From assembly GCA_951406725.2 (NCBI GenBank), contig OX597816.1, forward strand, positions 108,562,001-108,626,000: a stretch of DNA of 64,000 bases, given 5' to 3'. The position numbers were made by a program, and so were the translations under genes. This document shows positions 1-12,784 of this stretch, piece by piece. The first letter of the stretch is position 1, and each line of letters opens with the position of its first letter. This DNA comes from Octopus vulgaris. Taxonomy: Eukaryota. Below the pieces are notes generated by a model. That model saw only the letters and a list, made by a program, of their open reading frames with translations. It searched no databases and was not told the DNA's origin.

Positions 1-212
1 TGGCTGGTTCAATTCGATTTCGATTTCGCTTGCCCCAACATGTCTTCGCAAGCAAAGGGGGTTGGCATGGGTGCCTGTCGTCGGATGAGGTTCTATATCG
101 ACTTCGCTTGCCTCAACAGGTCTTTGTGTCCAAGGGAGGAAAGGCATTCATAAGTGGGCTGGGCTCACTTGTCCTGCCTGGTCTTCTCACATACAGAATA
201 TTTCCAAAGGTC
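1..212 (-). mobile_element. RTE-type LINE 3' end fragment
   Basis: Minus strand reads gagaagacc...gacctgttgaggcaagcgaa...(gaaatc)n, matching the motifs at 28070-28210 and the ORF end at ~16105. Confidence 0.6.
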
Positions 213-441
213 TAATGTTGTTAATGGTATGGGAATTCAGAAACTTCAAACAAACATGAAATAATCCTTTTTGGGAATGGTGAATCTCAAAGCAGATGAA
301 ACTAAAAATAATAGTGTAAATTTTGGATTAAAAAAAGCCCTTCGACTTTTTTGACCCAATATTTACACATCATTATGCACTGTTTTATCTGCTTGAAGAC
401 TCAAAATAAGTATTATATACACATTCATACATACATATATC

Positions 442-475
<34 letters not shown>

Positions 476-2304
476 CATGCATGCATAGCCATACATGCAC
501 ACTGAGGTGCACATACACTTATCAACACACATTTCAAGGTGATAATAGAGAAGTTTGGAGGCAAGACATGATGTAATTCAGAAAGTGCATTGGATAGAAA
601 ACAAAGAACTCAAAGATGCAAAGAAGAGAGAAGAAAAAGGAGTGGTCAAGAGAGAGTGTGGGCAAGCAGAGAGAGAGAGAATGGCAGGAGAGATATAGTA
701 GAGAGACAGAGAGAGAGAGAGAGAGAGACAGAATAGGAAGGAGATCAGGAGAGGGCAACAGAGTAAAATGGAGATAGGGAAAATGATAAACCAATGCAGA
801 CAATAGAAAGACAGTCAAGAGCAACCATGAAAGTTTGCAGCTTGCTTAGCTGATTGGTTGGTTGGCTGGTTGGTTGGTTGGTTGGTTGAATGGTAAAGGT
901 CCAATTTTCAATATTAGCTCATGCAAACATTCTAAGGTGAGTAATAAACATGTAACAAAAAAAAATGAAAAGAATAAATAAATAAAAAGAGGGAGGAGTG
1001 AAAAAATAAAAACAAAACAAAAAGTGCAATCAATACACCTGCAGTCAGTGCCAGGTGTGCACTATGAACAAGACTTGCAGACAAGAGTAGTAGAAATCCC
1101 ATGCTATGCCCCTCCGCTCCACCTAGTGTCAGATTTCATTTTTCATTTCCTCTTGCAATTAATTATTATTATTATTATTGTTCATTTTGCTTTATGCTGC
1201 ACAATTTATTATAATTACTTTGTCACACAGTGTAGATGGAAATGGTATTGGAGCATTTAGTCATTTGCCAAGTCACAACAAGGACCTCAGACAGATAACA
1301 CTAATCATCCTCAAGGGTTTTTTCAACAAGCTGGAGTTGATAAAATGAAGAACTAAACAAATGCCGGAATAGATTTCAACATTTGTTCCCTCTGGCAAAA
1401 TGTGTGATTCTATGCCTGCATTATAAATTCTTATTATAAAGAGTGATAAATGGTGAAGTAACAGACAAATATTCCTTGCTATACAATATTTAGTTTTATG
1501 CTTTCTACTTTCTAAATTAAAATATTGACAAAGTCAACTTTATTTACCATCCGTCTGGATGGAGAATAAAATAAAATAAAATACCAGTGAAGTACTGGAT
1601 GTATGCTTATGTTAGAATTTATTACTGTCATTATAACTAGGGAACTAGATAGGCAAAATCAGTGAAGTGGTAGAAAATGTGCTAGGCCATATTTAATTAT
1701 ATCTCAATAACCTAGGTTCAGATCCTGCCAATAATGATTTTACCTTTTTATCATTGCGAGATCTATAAAATAAATTATCAGTTAAATATTGTAGTTGAGT
1801 AAATCAACTATAACCCTCTCTCTCTAAGCTCATAACTTGATATAATCATTAAAGTATTAGACGAATGCTTTGCAGTATTTATTCAAGCATTTCCTATAAG
1901 GCATTAAAACCCTGCCAAAATCAAATTTGCCTTTTGTCCTGGGATTGATAAAAAAAACAGTTCTAGTTGGGGAGTGTGGACTGGCAGAGTTGCTAGAGGG
2001 CTGAACAAAATATTCCAGCAACATTCTGAGTGCCCACAAAGGTGAGGCAAACTCAAAGGAAAATGAATGACAACCCCATGGACAAAATTAACAGGGGTTG
2101 TTTGCCAACTTAATCATGCAGAAAGGAAACCGTTTTCTTTAAACCTGATTCCTTATGATCATGCCAGAAATCAGTATTATTATTATTATTATTATTATTA
2201 GTGATGGTGGTGATAGTGGTAATTATTAAGACATTAATTTCTAAGATTTTCTGCTGTTCTGCTTGTTTTCTTTTGTTTTGTTTTAATTCTTCTGACTACC
2301 TTAC

Positions 2305-2346
2305 CTCAATATTTGATGATTGATTCTGTTCCCTGTCCTTCAGCTC
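2305..2346 (-). CDS. Internal micro-exon G (42 nt, phase 0-0) of coiled-coil gene
   Basis: ttttcttctaaccattaccttggcag|GAG CTG AAG...ATT GAG|gtaagg. Encodes ELKDREQNQSSNIE in frame after exon F; ctaac branch-like motif upstream. Confidence 0.78.
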
Positions 2347-3214
2347 CTGCCAAGGTAATGGTTAGAAGAAAAATGATGAAAACCACATGGAGACAGTGTG
2401 GAAAGGAGAAAAGGGGTGTGTCAAGAAGGATGGGTGACAACTCAAAGGGGATGAAGAGGGAGTGAAAACAAGTCACTGAGATATGTTGAGGGGGTTGTAT
2501 GAAACTTTCAAAATGACAGCTCCAGTAGTATTGAGTAGTCGGTTTGACAACATGCTAAATTTTTTTTTTTTTTGGTTTCTTTGAAGGTAATAAATGAAGT
2601 ACTTCAACTGTTCAAAAATGTAAAAATGATGTTTCCATTTCATTTTGCTCATATAGTGTTTTTAACAATATTTTACTTTCTATAACACAACAAGCAACAT
2701 AAACAATCACATGCCAATGAAGTAATCTCTACGTTGTCTTCAGATCTGCCAGAAATAACAACCAAATTCCCATCAACCACACCCTACTGTCTTGGAAAAG
2801 AGGAAAACAAGCTAGATGTAGCCCAAGGCATACTTGTTAAAGAAATATGAAAAAAAATGGATGGCCACAGCTGGAATGCCTTCAAACGTCTGCTCAATCA
2901 AGGTTATGTTGGGGGTTAAACAATATAATTACAATAAAATGTAGCAATTACACCACAACCAACACCAAAATTAACATCAATGTCACAAACAACATCACAA
3001 CTAATGTAAACACTACAGCAAAAGCAACTTTACAATCAAAACCAACACCATATCTTAAAATAGGATGTGTTGTGTATTAGTTTTACATACATTGAAACTA
3101 TTTTTCATTCAAAACCGAAGAGAGTATTTGTCAAAATTACATGTCAATTGATCAATGGTTTGATCAATTAAGGCTAACTCAAGTTAAACAACAACTACTA
3201 CAATAACTACAATA

Positions 3215-3726
3215 TATTGGGTCATCCCATAAAAAATACAGTTTTTTCAATTGTGTGAACAAAAAGTTGGAGATGGATGGAATAAACTACCTACATCAAC
3301 TTGCTATAAAAGCAGGTAGTAATTTACCTTGTTCTATTCTTAGTGCAAGTTTTGAAGAGTGCAGTTTGATTTTAACAATTATTTTTTCAAAGCTAAAATG
3401 GAAGTGACAAACGAGCATATTCAGCATATTTTGCTTTATGAGTTCAATAAAGACAACAACGCATTGTAAAGTGTGGGGAATATTAATACTGTACACAGAG
3501 ATCAGACAATAAGCATAAGCAGTGTCAACAGTGGTTCCAGAAATTCAGAGCCAGAAACTACAGCCTAGAAGACAAGCCTCGTCCTGGAAGATCTGTTGAG
3601 CTCGAGGAGGATGTCCTGCAAACCTTGGTGGAACAAAATTCGATTGTAACTGTCGAGGAACTAGCAGAGAAGCTTGAATTTAGTTATTCAACCATTCATT
3701 GACACTTGTGTGCCATTGGAAAAGTC
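3215..3726 (+). mobile_element. Decayed mariner transposon, left end plus N-terminal HTH region of transposase
   Basis: TA-TTGGGTCATCCCATAA TIR-like start. From ATG 3398: MEVTNEHIQHILLYEF...QWFQKFRARNYSLEDKPRPGRSVELEEDVLQTLVEQNSIVTVEELAEKL, which is mariner-like (WF.kF, LED.PR.GR), with stops and a frameshift. Confidence 0.85.
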
Positions 3727-3997
3727 ATGCTTTTAATTGATAAGTCCAAGGTTGATCTAGAATTAAACTACTGTTACAACTACTAGCCAACAAACATCTG
3801 TTAGATGATGATGTTCTAGACACACTGTACTCCCATAAACTCACCTCCCAAAAAGAAGGAAGAGAAAAATTCAGAGTTCCTCACAGCTGGAATATCTCTG
3901 ATCATATATCTACTTGACCAAAGTAGACTAAGAGTAGCTAAAACAAGAACAAGCAACAAAGCCCTCAAATACCAATGGTAAAGAAAATATAAGAAGA

Positions 3998-4035
<38 letters not shown>

Positions 4036-4110
4036 TAATAATAATAATAATAACAATAATAATGAACTTATTGTATAAAGTGCTCAGGTGCACTACAACT
4101 CATCAGAAAA
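3998..4110 (-). mobile_element. 3' end of CR1-group LINE with (TAT)n tail
   Basis: agtgctcaggtgcactacaactcatc next to an (AAT)n tract; the same motif ends the CR1 copy at 11460-11520. Confidence 0.75.
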
Positions 4111-4340
4111 CAGTAACCAAAACTGCATGAACAGTAGACAGAATAATGCACCGAAAGTGAGTGATTTAAGGAAAAAAGAAAAAAAATAAGAAAGGTGGGG
4201 ATATCACGTATACTGTGGGAAAATTTTATGAAGCATGGAAGTTTTGACAGATGTAGTGACCCGACAGCCAGCGACTGATGCTGGTAGTTTATTCTAGGCT
4301 CTAGTAATTCTGAGCATGAAAAAATGTTTCTGTGCATTGC

Positions 4341-4570
4341 TTAACTCTTCTGATATCAAAACACCCAAGACTGCTTTTGATTCTATGATACAAACTTTCT
4401 TGATTTAAAAAGATCTAAATTAAAATCTGTCATCAAAATTTCATGATAATTTGTTTCAATCATTAGATTGATAATAACAAAGTTATTTTACTAAATTCAT
4501 CGTGATTTTCAAAATTAATTAAGACAAAAGCAATTTATCTCAAGAGGAGTATGGTAACAAAAATATTCAA
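4341..4570 (+). mobile_element. piggyBac-like MITE family G (other copies ~31950-32222, 35851-36075, 44243-44457, 63050-63745)
   Basis: Recurring ~230-bp body (aaattaaaa..catcaaaatttcatg..aaagttattttactaaattc) with degenerate ttaaccct/agggttaa ends. Confidence 0.6.
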
Positions 4571-5339
4571 CGATAACTAAACACAAAAGATAAATCATTG
4601 CAATTTTTAAGTGAGATACTTCACAACTGAAAGTGTTAAGAAGAGTGTCCAGTCACTATTAGGATAGAAGGTGAAGAGGAGGAAATGTCATCTAGCTATA
4701 TAATTTCTTGGTCCAAAAATTCATCAAGCAATTCAAAATTGGCCTGTTGTGATCACGTGTGTGTGAGTGTCTTTGTGTTTGTCCTGCCACTACCACCACA
4801 GCTTTACAACCAGTGTTAGCTTGTTTATGGCCTGTAACATAGCAGTTTGGCAAAAAGAGTTCAATAGAATAAGTACAAGGCTTAGAAAAAATAAGTGTTT
4901 GGCTGAAATCCTCCAAGGTGGTGTCCCAGCATGGTTGCAGTCTAATGACTGAAACAAATGTAAAACAAAAAAAAAAAAGGAAGAAAAAGATATTGTGTGT
5001 GTGTATGTGTTGTTTAGTCCCAGGTTCACCATAGCTATGACCAAAAGCAAACCAGCTTTGACCATTTAGACATTGTGAAGATATCAAGAGACTATATTAT
5101 CAAACATATATATCCTTCCAAGTTTTCAAATAAGTGGAGTGAAATCTGGGAGAGATTTTGTTACTATTTCTAGCAAGTACTTGGTTGGTGGAGACAGTAC
5201 CACAGGTGTGTGTGTGTGAGTATTTGTGTAGAGAACTGATTGGAATGATTTAAGACTTTGATTTGGCTTGTAGCATAATTGTTTAAAGACCCAGGGTCAA
5301 CTGGTAGAGTCTGTGTAGGACCTGGTTGGCAATACTGCT

Positions 5340-5520
5340 CATAAACTGGGGATTATTTCTAGGTTTGCTTATATATGTGATTACAATGTCACAAGAAAGA
5401 ATCACAAGACAGATTCTTCAAGCTGGGTCAACTGGCAGGAGGTCTAGGGATAGACCAAGGATAAAATGGCTAAATAACAAAGAATCACAAAGCAGATTCT
5501 TCAAGTGAAGCTAACCAGCA
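5340..5520 (+). mobile_element. Decayed RTE LINE fragment (C-terminus of RT ORF)
   Basis: Translates as MSQERITRQILQAGSTGRRSRDRPRIKWLNN, resembling the RTE G.R.rGRPr..W motif. Confidence 0.65.
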
Positions 5521-7769
5521 GTTGGCCACACCTAGAAATCCAGTCAAAAAGTCTAATGATGGTTACTTCTGATAGGACCATATGGGGGAAGTACCTAAGG
5601 ACTCAACACTCATGACTTTCTCAGGAATAATAGGCAGAGATGGATTGACAATATTAACTCTTCTGTATTGCAGGAGTGTTTCTCTACTTTGTAGAACTAA
5701 ATTCAACCTTGAATAGGGAAAACTAGTCTTCTGTCAGTGTGTGTGTGTGCCCAAGTGTGAGAGACCAACAGACATAGATAGAAAACCAGACAGATAGGTA
5801 ACCTGTTTAGGAGGGCTGTCAGTAACACTGGATCAGAACTAATACAAGTTAAAAGGGACTCTTTCATACAACTACAGACGATTTTTCTTGTGCCAGTGTC
5901 ATAACCAAATGCACCTAGTGGTTGATAATAGGAAGGTGTCTACCTGTAAAAATGTTCCAGTAATGATCACACAATCTTTCTCTAAGATTATAAGATGAAG
6001 GGCTGTGAGAGGAACTGAGGTGTTTTGAGACACATTCAGCTCATGCAAGCACAGGAGAGGGGAGAGGACTCAAAAATAATGATAAGAGTGAGGGTGGGAG
6101 TGCATTGTGTGTGTACAGAAATAAATCAAAAGTAAAACAGTGGAAAAGATGATGATGCAGTAATAGTAGTAGTGACTGTGAGGATAGTTAGGAGGGTAGT
6201 GGTTGTGGCAGTGAAGGTTGTGGTGGTAAGGGTGGCAGTTGTGACAGTGAGGGTGGTGGAGCTAGTCGTGATTGTATTCATCGCAACAGGTTTTATTTAT
6301 TTTATTTTTTCCCTATAATAGAGATGGTAGAGATGTGGTGATGGGGTATTTGTGTGGTGAGCTAATGGTAATATAATGTAATGGAAAATAGATGAAGTCA
6401 AGGTGATCAATGGAATGGTGCAACAGTAATGGAGACAAATGTCATGAAGTCTGCAGCAAGGAAGTAAGGAGTGGGAATGGTTGTAAAAAGTAGAAGTAAT
6501 GGACGATAGAGATGACAAGGAGATGGAGAAGGAGGAAAATGAAAATGATGGTGTTCCTGGCGAAGAGATCATCACATCTGCATACATTGACATAAATTAC
6601 AATTCTTTTTTTTATTTATTCTGATGAGTTCGCATTTATATTCCTGACTTATTTGCACTGAGCAACCCAATAGAAGGGTCTTTAGGTGGTTACTGAAACT
6701 GGTTGAAATAGAAGCCAAATTTTCTCTCGAATCACACCTTAACTTCTTAAAAACACAAGATGGAATGGTCACAGATGGACTTTCTTTGATCATAAGTCAT
6801 CCCAGTGTATACTGGCTTCAAGATAAACAACAACATTAACAAAAACAACAACTGAGTTCACTAAACTTACTGACAACACCCATACTAACTATTACACATT
6901 GCTGGCCAAGTCAAGAACAGAGCCTCTAGGTAGTCATTTGACATTCTAGAAATAGCAGACACATTTACCTCAAATCAGACCCTGTCATTTTAGAAAAGGA
7001 TATGCTGGATAATGCAATCCCATGTTCTCAGAACATCAGGAAAAGACAGGATGGTCATGTTGAATGCCTTTGATCAGAACACTGCTTGATCAAGAACAAC
7101 TTGAGGTTATATAACACAGCTGTTCGTGCTGCACACTCACCCATTAACTACACATGCAACAAAAAATTTGCACACTTGCTTAGCGCACATGCATCTAACA
7201 GGTATACTTAACAATTGCACATAAAGCTTTTAACCACCAACGCTAATGCACATGTGCATACATGTATGCATGCATGTGTGTGTGGGTGTGTTATTAGTTA
7301 ATAGCATTACATGCAGTTGGCAAGTATGTCTGCTGTTTACAGGTGCATATGCACTCTCCAAGTATGTAAGTTTTCTGGTGCATAAATGTAGGCATAGCTG
7401 TGTGGTAATGGTATTTGCTTCTCAATTACATAGCTTCAAGTTCTATCCCAATGTATGGCAACTTCAGTATATGTGTTCAACTTACAGCCTGATAAGTGAA
7501 ATTAGGATAGACAGACACTATATAGTAGCCTGTCGTATATATAATAGTATGTATGAATGAATGGACGGATGTACATATGCATGCAGGCACATACATATGT
7601 GCGTAAAGTAAGGTTGACATCATTGCCTAAATTTGAGAGCATGTAACCCAGTCGGATATACTAGGTTTGAAGGGACTTTAAGGAAATCTTAAATTACATT
7701 TACTGATCATATGCTTTCCTGAGCAACTTGAGTTTCAATTCAAAGTTATCTTCACAACAAAGACAAGTA

Positions 7770-8327
7770 TTCTTTTATTTGTTTCAGTCATTTGACTGTG
7801 ACCATGCTGGAGTACCGCCTTTAGTCGAGCAAATCGACCCCAGAAATTATTCTTTGTAAGTCAAGCACTTATTCTATCGGTTGCTCTTGCCGAACTGCTA
7901 AGTGATATAAACACACCAGCATTGGTTATCAAGCAATGCTGGGGCGACAAACACAGACACACAAACATATATATATATATATATATCATCATCATCATCA
8001 TCATCATCATCATTTAGCGTCCGTTTTCCATGCTAGCATGGGTTGGACGGTTCAACTGGGGTCTGTGAAGCTGGAAGGCTTCATCAGGCCCAGTCAGATC
8101 TGGCAGTGTTTCTACGGCTGGATGCCCTTCCTAACGCCAACCACTCCATGAGTGTAGTGGGTGCTTTTTATGTGCCACCTGCACAGGTGCCAGACAGAGC
8201 TGGCAAACAGCTACGAATGGATGGTGCTTTCATGTGTCACCGGCACGGGGGCCAGGCGAGGCTGGCAACGGACACGAACGGATGGCGCTTTTATCTCAGT
8301 TTTAAATATATAGATACATAAATACAG

Positions 8328-8358
<31 letters not shown>

Positions 8359-9399
8359 TGCATATCCATATCATCATCATCATCATCATCATCATTTAGC
8401 GTCCGTTCTCCATGCTAGCATGGGTTGGACGGTTCAACTGGGGTCTGTGAAGCTGGAAGGCTTCATCAGGCCCAGTCAGATCTGGCAGTGTTTCTACGGC
8501 TGGATGCCCTTCCTAACGCCAACCACTCCGTGAGTGTAGTGGGTGCTTTTTACGTGCCACCTGCACAGGTGCCAGACAGAGCTGGCAAACGGCCACGAAC
8601 GGATGGTGCTTTTACGTGTCACCGGCACGGGGCCAGGCGAGGCTGGCAACGGACACGAACGGATGGTGCTTTTACATGCCATCGACACGGGGGCCAGACA
8701 GGGCTGGCAAACGGCCATGAACGGATGGTGCTTTTACGTGTCACCGGCACGGGGGCCAGGCGAGGCTGGCAACGGACACGAACGGATGGTGCTTTTACAT
8801 GTCACCGGCACAGGGGCCAGGCGAGGCTGAGGCGAGGCTGGCAACGGACACGAACGGATGGTGCTTTTACATGTCACCGACATGGGGGCCAGACAGGGCT
8901 GGCAAACGGCCACGAACGGATGGTGCTTTTACGTGTCACCGGCACGGGGGCCAGACAGAGCTGGCAAACGGCCACGAATGGATGGTGCTTTTACATGTCA
9001 CCGGCACGGGGGCCAGACAGAGCTGGCAAACGGATGGTACTTTTACGTGTCACCGGCACAGGGGCCAGGCCAGGCTGGCAACGAACACGAACGGATGGTG
9101 CTTTTACGTGCCACCTACACGGGGGCCAGACAGGGCTGGCGAACGGCTACGAACGGATGGTACTTTTACGTGTCACCTGCACGGGGGCCCTGATGTTGAT
9201 CGACCTCAATTTGGTTTGATCTTACATATATATATATATATGACGGGCTTCTTTCAGTTTCCGTCTACCAAATCCACTCACAAGGCTTTGGTTGGCCCGA
9301 GGCTATAGTAGATGACACATGCCCATAGTGCCATGCAGTGGGACTGAACCCGGAACCATGTGGTTGGTGAGCAAGCTACTTACCACACAGCCACTCCTG
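7770..9399 (-). mobile_element. tRNA-derived SINE family A split at its internal (TA)n by nested insertions
   Basis: 3' half at 7770-7975 and 5' half at 9240-9399 match the intact copy at 51164-51555. Confidence 0.85.
7986..9222 (-). mobile_element. Two copies of an RTE-associated element with (GAT)n tail; the second carries ~11 tandem ~61-bp units
   Basis: (CAT)n then near-identical ~280-bp bodies at ~7986 and ~8372. Minus strand has GGTTGGCGTTAGGAAGGGCATCC. Unit array spans 8541-9190. Confidence 0.85.
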
Positions 9400-9868
9400 T
9401 TTACATATTCAAAATAGACCATGTCATAACAAGCACTGAGTAATATATAATGAATTCTCTATTGAGATTAAAGCAAAAAAATGCTTAAATTAAAGATATT
9501 CCAGACAGTATGTTGTACAACAAAAGTGAAATTGTAGCAGGTATGTTGTTCATTTATATTTACAAATCTGAAATATTTGATTGAGCAGAGTTGATAAAGG
9601 CTTCCAACAGACAACCACAGTATTGTTTATTTGTAACAATAGAATTAAACATGCTATACAAGTTTGTATGGATACAGTTATGTTAACTATACCTGATGGT
9701 TTAGGTGAACTATGCCGTTTAATAAATAGATAAGGAGAACACTCTATAACTAATAGACAAGACAAGGAGTAGAAAATTAGGTTGAATAAATTATGTCTAC
9801 GTCAAGCAGATAATATGCAACATAAAGTGAGCACATTAAAAAGAGATAACCTATTTGAAGTAATATGA

Positions 9869-9911
<43 letters not shown>

Positions 9912-10338
9912 GCACATGTGTGTGCATGAGTATGCATGTACATAAATGTGTGTGTGTGTGTGTATAGAAATTATGGGACAAGAAGAATCTAAATAACATA
10001 TCAGATTAAGTATTATATTAAGTCTCTAACCTCATAAATCTCATAAAATTTTCATATGAGATGTGATGATAAAGAGAGGAAGGCAAAAGACAGAAAGTGA
10101 AGAAGGGGGGAGTAGAACAAGACCAAGAAAGAATTTTGTTTCTTGCCAAGAGACCAAATTCATGAACACCACCAGAGAAGCTGGCTTTCTTTCATTTTCT
10201 GAAAAAATATGGCTCTAGTTCATTCTCTTGTTACAGATCAACTGGACAATTGGACTGTTATTTAAACAACAGGGGGGAAGTTTCACATGCATATTCCCAC
10301 CCACACACCATTCCACATCCATGTAGTGTCTTTTTTAC

Positions 10339-10453
10339 CTTCTTCAGCAACTCATTAGCAACTCGCTGCTGTTCAAGTTCTTCTTTCGTCTGCTCCAGTT
10401 CAAGACGACAGGAATCAACATCAGTCGTTTGGGTAGCTTCCCATTTCTGTTTC
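10339..10453 (-). CDS. Internal exon F (115 nt, phase 2-0) of coiled-coil gene
   Basis: ttccaccag|G AAA CAG...AAG AAG|gtaaaa. Encodes KQKWEATQTTDVDSCRLELEQTKEELEQQRVANELLKK. Confidence 0.88.
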
Positions 10454-11459
10454 CTGGTGGAACAAATTTAAGAAAAGGAACAGAATGAAGATTATGTAAA
10501 TGCTGTTATAACAAAAAATAAACATATATATTCATTTCAAATTTTAGCAGAAGGCTAGTAATTTCGGGATAGGGGGTAAATTGATTACATCAACCCCCAA
10601 GACTCAACTTGTACTTATTTTATTGATCCCAAAAAGATGAAAAGTAAAGTCAACCATGGCAGAATTTTAACTCAGAACATAAAGGACAAAATACCACTAA
10701 GCATTTTGCCCAGTGTGCTAATGATTCTCCCACCTCCTCGTCTTATAATCTTTTTATTCTTTTACTTGCTTCAGTAATTTTGATTGCAACCATGCTGGAG
10801 CACTAACAAATAAATAAATATATAGATAATATTTTTATTTTGGTCAAGTCAGTCTCTTCCCAGTCTGAGTTTTGCCTGCAGATGCATAGGGTCTTCTGAC
10901 CAGTTACGACCGAGTGCACCAACAGGCAAAATTCAAAGTAGCAAGAGAGTGACTTAACCAAAATAATAAAAATATCATTCATCTTAGCTATGGTATCAAG
11001 TACTCTACATGCACAGATGTATGCTTATATGTATGTTCAGAGAGAGAGAGATCATCAATACTTAACATTTGTTTTCCATGCTGGCATGAGTTGGGAAAGC
11101 CTCACAGGAACAGGCAAATTGCAAGGCTGCACTGAGCTTCAGTGTCAGCTTTTTTGGCATGTTTTCTATGGCCGGATGCCCTTTCTAATGTGGACCACCT
11201 TACAGTGTATATGTTTATGTTTATATCATGATTTTACAGTCTAACATAATCACTTTGCAACACTTTTTATGACATTACTACTTTCAATTCTACTTCAAAG
11301 CCTCATCAAAGAAGTTAAAGCTCTATATTGTATATGCTTATATAACTGGGAGCAGTTTATCACTGTACCAGTACTTTTGAGGTTTGTAAGAGTTCATGCT
11401 ATTTTATGTAGTTTCCATTTCAAGAAAAAAAAAAAATTAGCGAAGTCGGAACACTTTTA

Positions 11460-12408
11460 TAATAATAATAATAATAATAATAATTGTGTACAGTGCTCAG
11501 GTGCACTACAACTCATCTAAAGTGTATATATAATCAGGTGTAGTTTCGACGGATTTCGGGAAGCATGGGGGCCTTAAAGGATGCAGTGTCATGGCAGTCA
11601 ACAACTGATGCAGGCAGTTTATTCCACGCTTCAGCAACCCTGAGCGTGAAAAAATGTTTCCGAAAGTCATGGGAGCTGTGCTGTTTTCTGACTTTGTAGG
11701 CATGTCCACGTGTGTTAGACACATGGAGATCAAAAAGGTGTTCAGTGTTGTTGTTGGTGAGGTGGTTGATAACCTTGTGGGTGTTTACCAAGTCCGTCGC
11801 CAGACGCCGGAGCTTCAGTGAATCCATGCCCAGGGAAACAAGGCGCTCAGAATATGGTAGGTGTCTGATGGAGGGTATGCGTTTGGTTGCACGTCTCTGG
11901 ACAGATTCCAGGAGGTCAATGTTCTGAGCAAGATAGGGATTCCAAACTGATGATGCGAATTCCAAGTGTGGTCGTACCATAGCTGTATACAGTTTTAAAT
12001 AGATGGCTGGAGAGCGGCTAACAAAAGTCTTGCTGAGTGATGCCAAGACACCCTCGGCCTTCTTGACAATTTTAGAGATATGCTTTGTCCAACGCAAATC
12101 ACTGCTGACAGTGATGCCTAGGTCACGCTCGCAAGAGGATTTCTTGATATCAGTGTTGTGGAGGGAGTATGTGGACGCAGGGTTTTTTCTCCCAAAATGC
12201 ATGGTGGTACACTTGTCCACAGCCAGTTTCAGTTGCCAGTCTGTGATCCATTGCTGCATTGTGTCTAGGTCTGATTGCAGGAAAGAGTTGTAGACATCAG
12301 GATCAGTCCTTTTGATTTCAAGGTACAGCTTGATGTCGTCTGCATATTTCAATACTGTGGCATTCTTTAAATTGGCATCTATGTCATTAATGTATGCCAC
12401 AAACAGGA
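11460..12408 (-). mobile_element. 5'-truncated CR1-group LINE with uninterrupted RT C-terminal ORF (11534-12400)
   Basis: 288-aa ORF with YINDI, YADDIK, LAVDKC, ERDLGI, VRPHLEFA, TRGH and FFTLRVAEAWNKLP motifs, then a short 3' UTR and (TAT)n tail. Confidence 0.95.
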
Positions 12409-12444
12409 CTAAGACATTCTATTAAATATAAATATAATATTAGT

Positions 12445-12706
12445 AAGTGGAGGCACTTGGCTTGGTGGTTAGGGTGTTAGCCTCATGATCGTAAGATTGT
12501 GGTTTCAATTCCTGGACTGGGCGACGTGTTGTGTTCTTGAGCAAAACACTTCATTTCACATTGCTCCAGTTCACTCAGCTGGCAAAAATGAAGAACGCTG
12601 AGAGGGACTGGCATCCCGTCCAGCTGGAGAAAACATACGCCATAGAAACCGGGAAACCAGGCCCATGAGCCTGGTGAGGCTTTAAAAGGGCGCATTTATT
12701 TATTTT
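12445..12706 (+). mobile_element. tRNA-derived SINE family C with 12-bp TSD (relatives at ~40555-40860 minus and 59755-59960 plus)
   Basis: A-box tggcttggtggttag, B-box gtttcaattcc, core gtgttcttgagcaaaacact. TSD tataatattagt at 12433-12444 and 12707-12718. Confidence 0.85.
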
Positions 12707-12784
12707 TATAATATTAGTGCATGGGGAAACATTTGATCTATAATTATAGTTCTAACTTATCATGTTTTATTGTAGTATTATAAT

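Noticed and set aside
6621-6660. CTGATGA word
   Set aside because: No downstream GAAA or paired stems.
8541-9190. CRISPR-like appearance of regularly spaced repeats
   Set aside because: No unique spacers, no cas genes and a eukaryotic context; the whole unit is repeated.
8425-9219. 264-aa ORF and overlapping ORFs with repeated Cys/His motifs
   Set aside because: Produced by the GC-rich 61-bp tandem unit cycling through frames; the same peptides appear in all three frames.
10339-10453. Naming the gene as kinectin/RRBP1 from EELEQQR
   Set aside because: The diagnostic NN.LREKNWKAM motif is absent; generic coiled-coil similarity is not enough.
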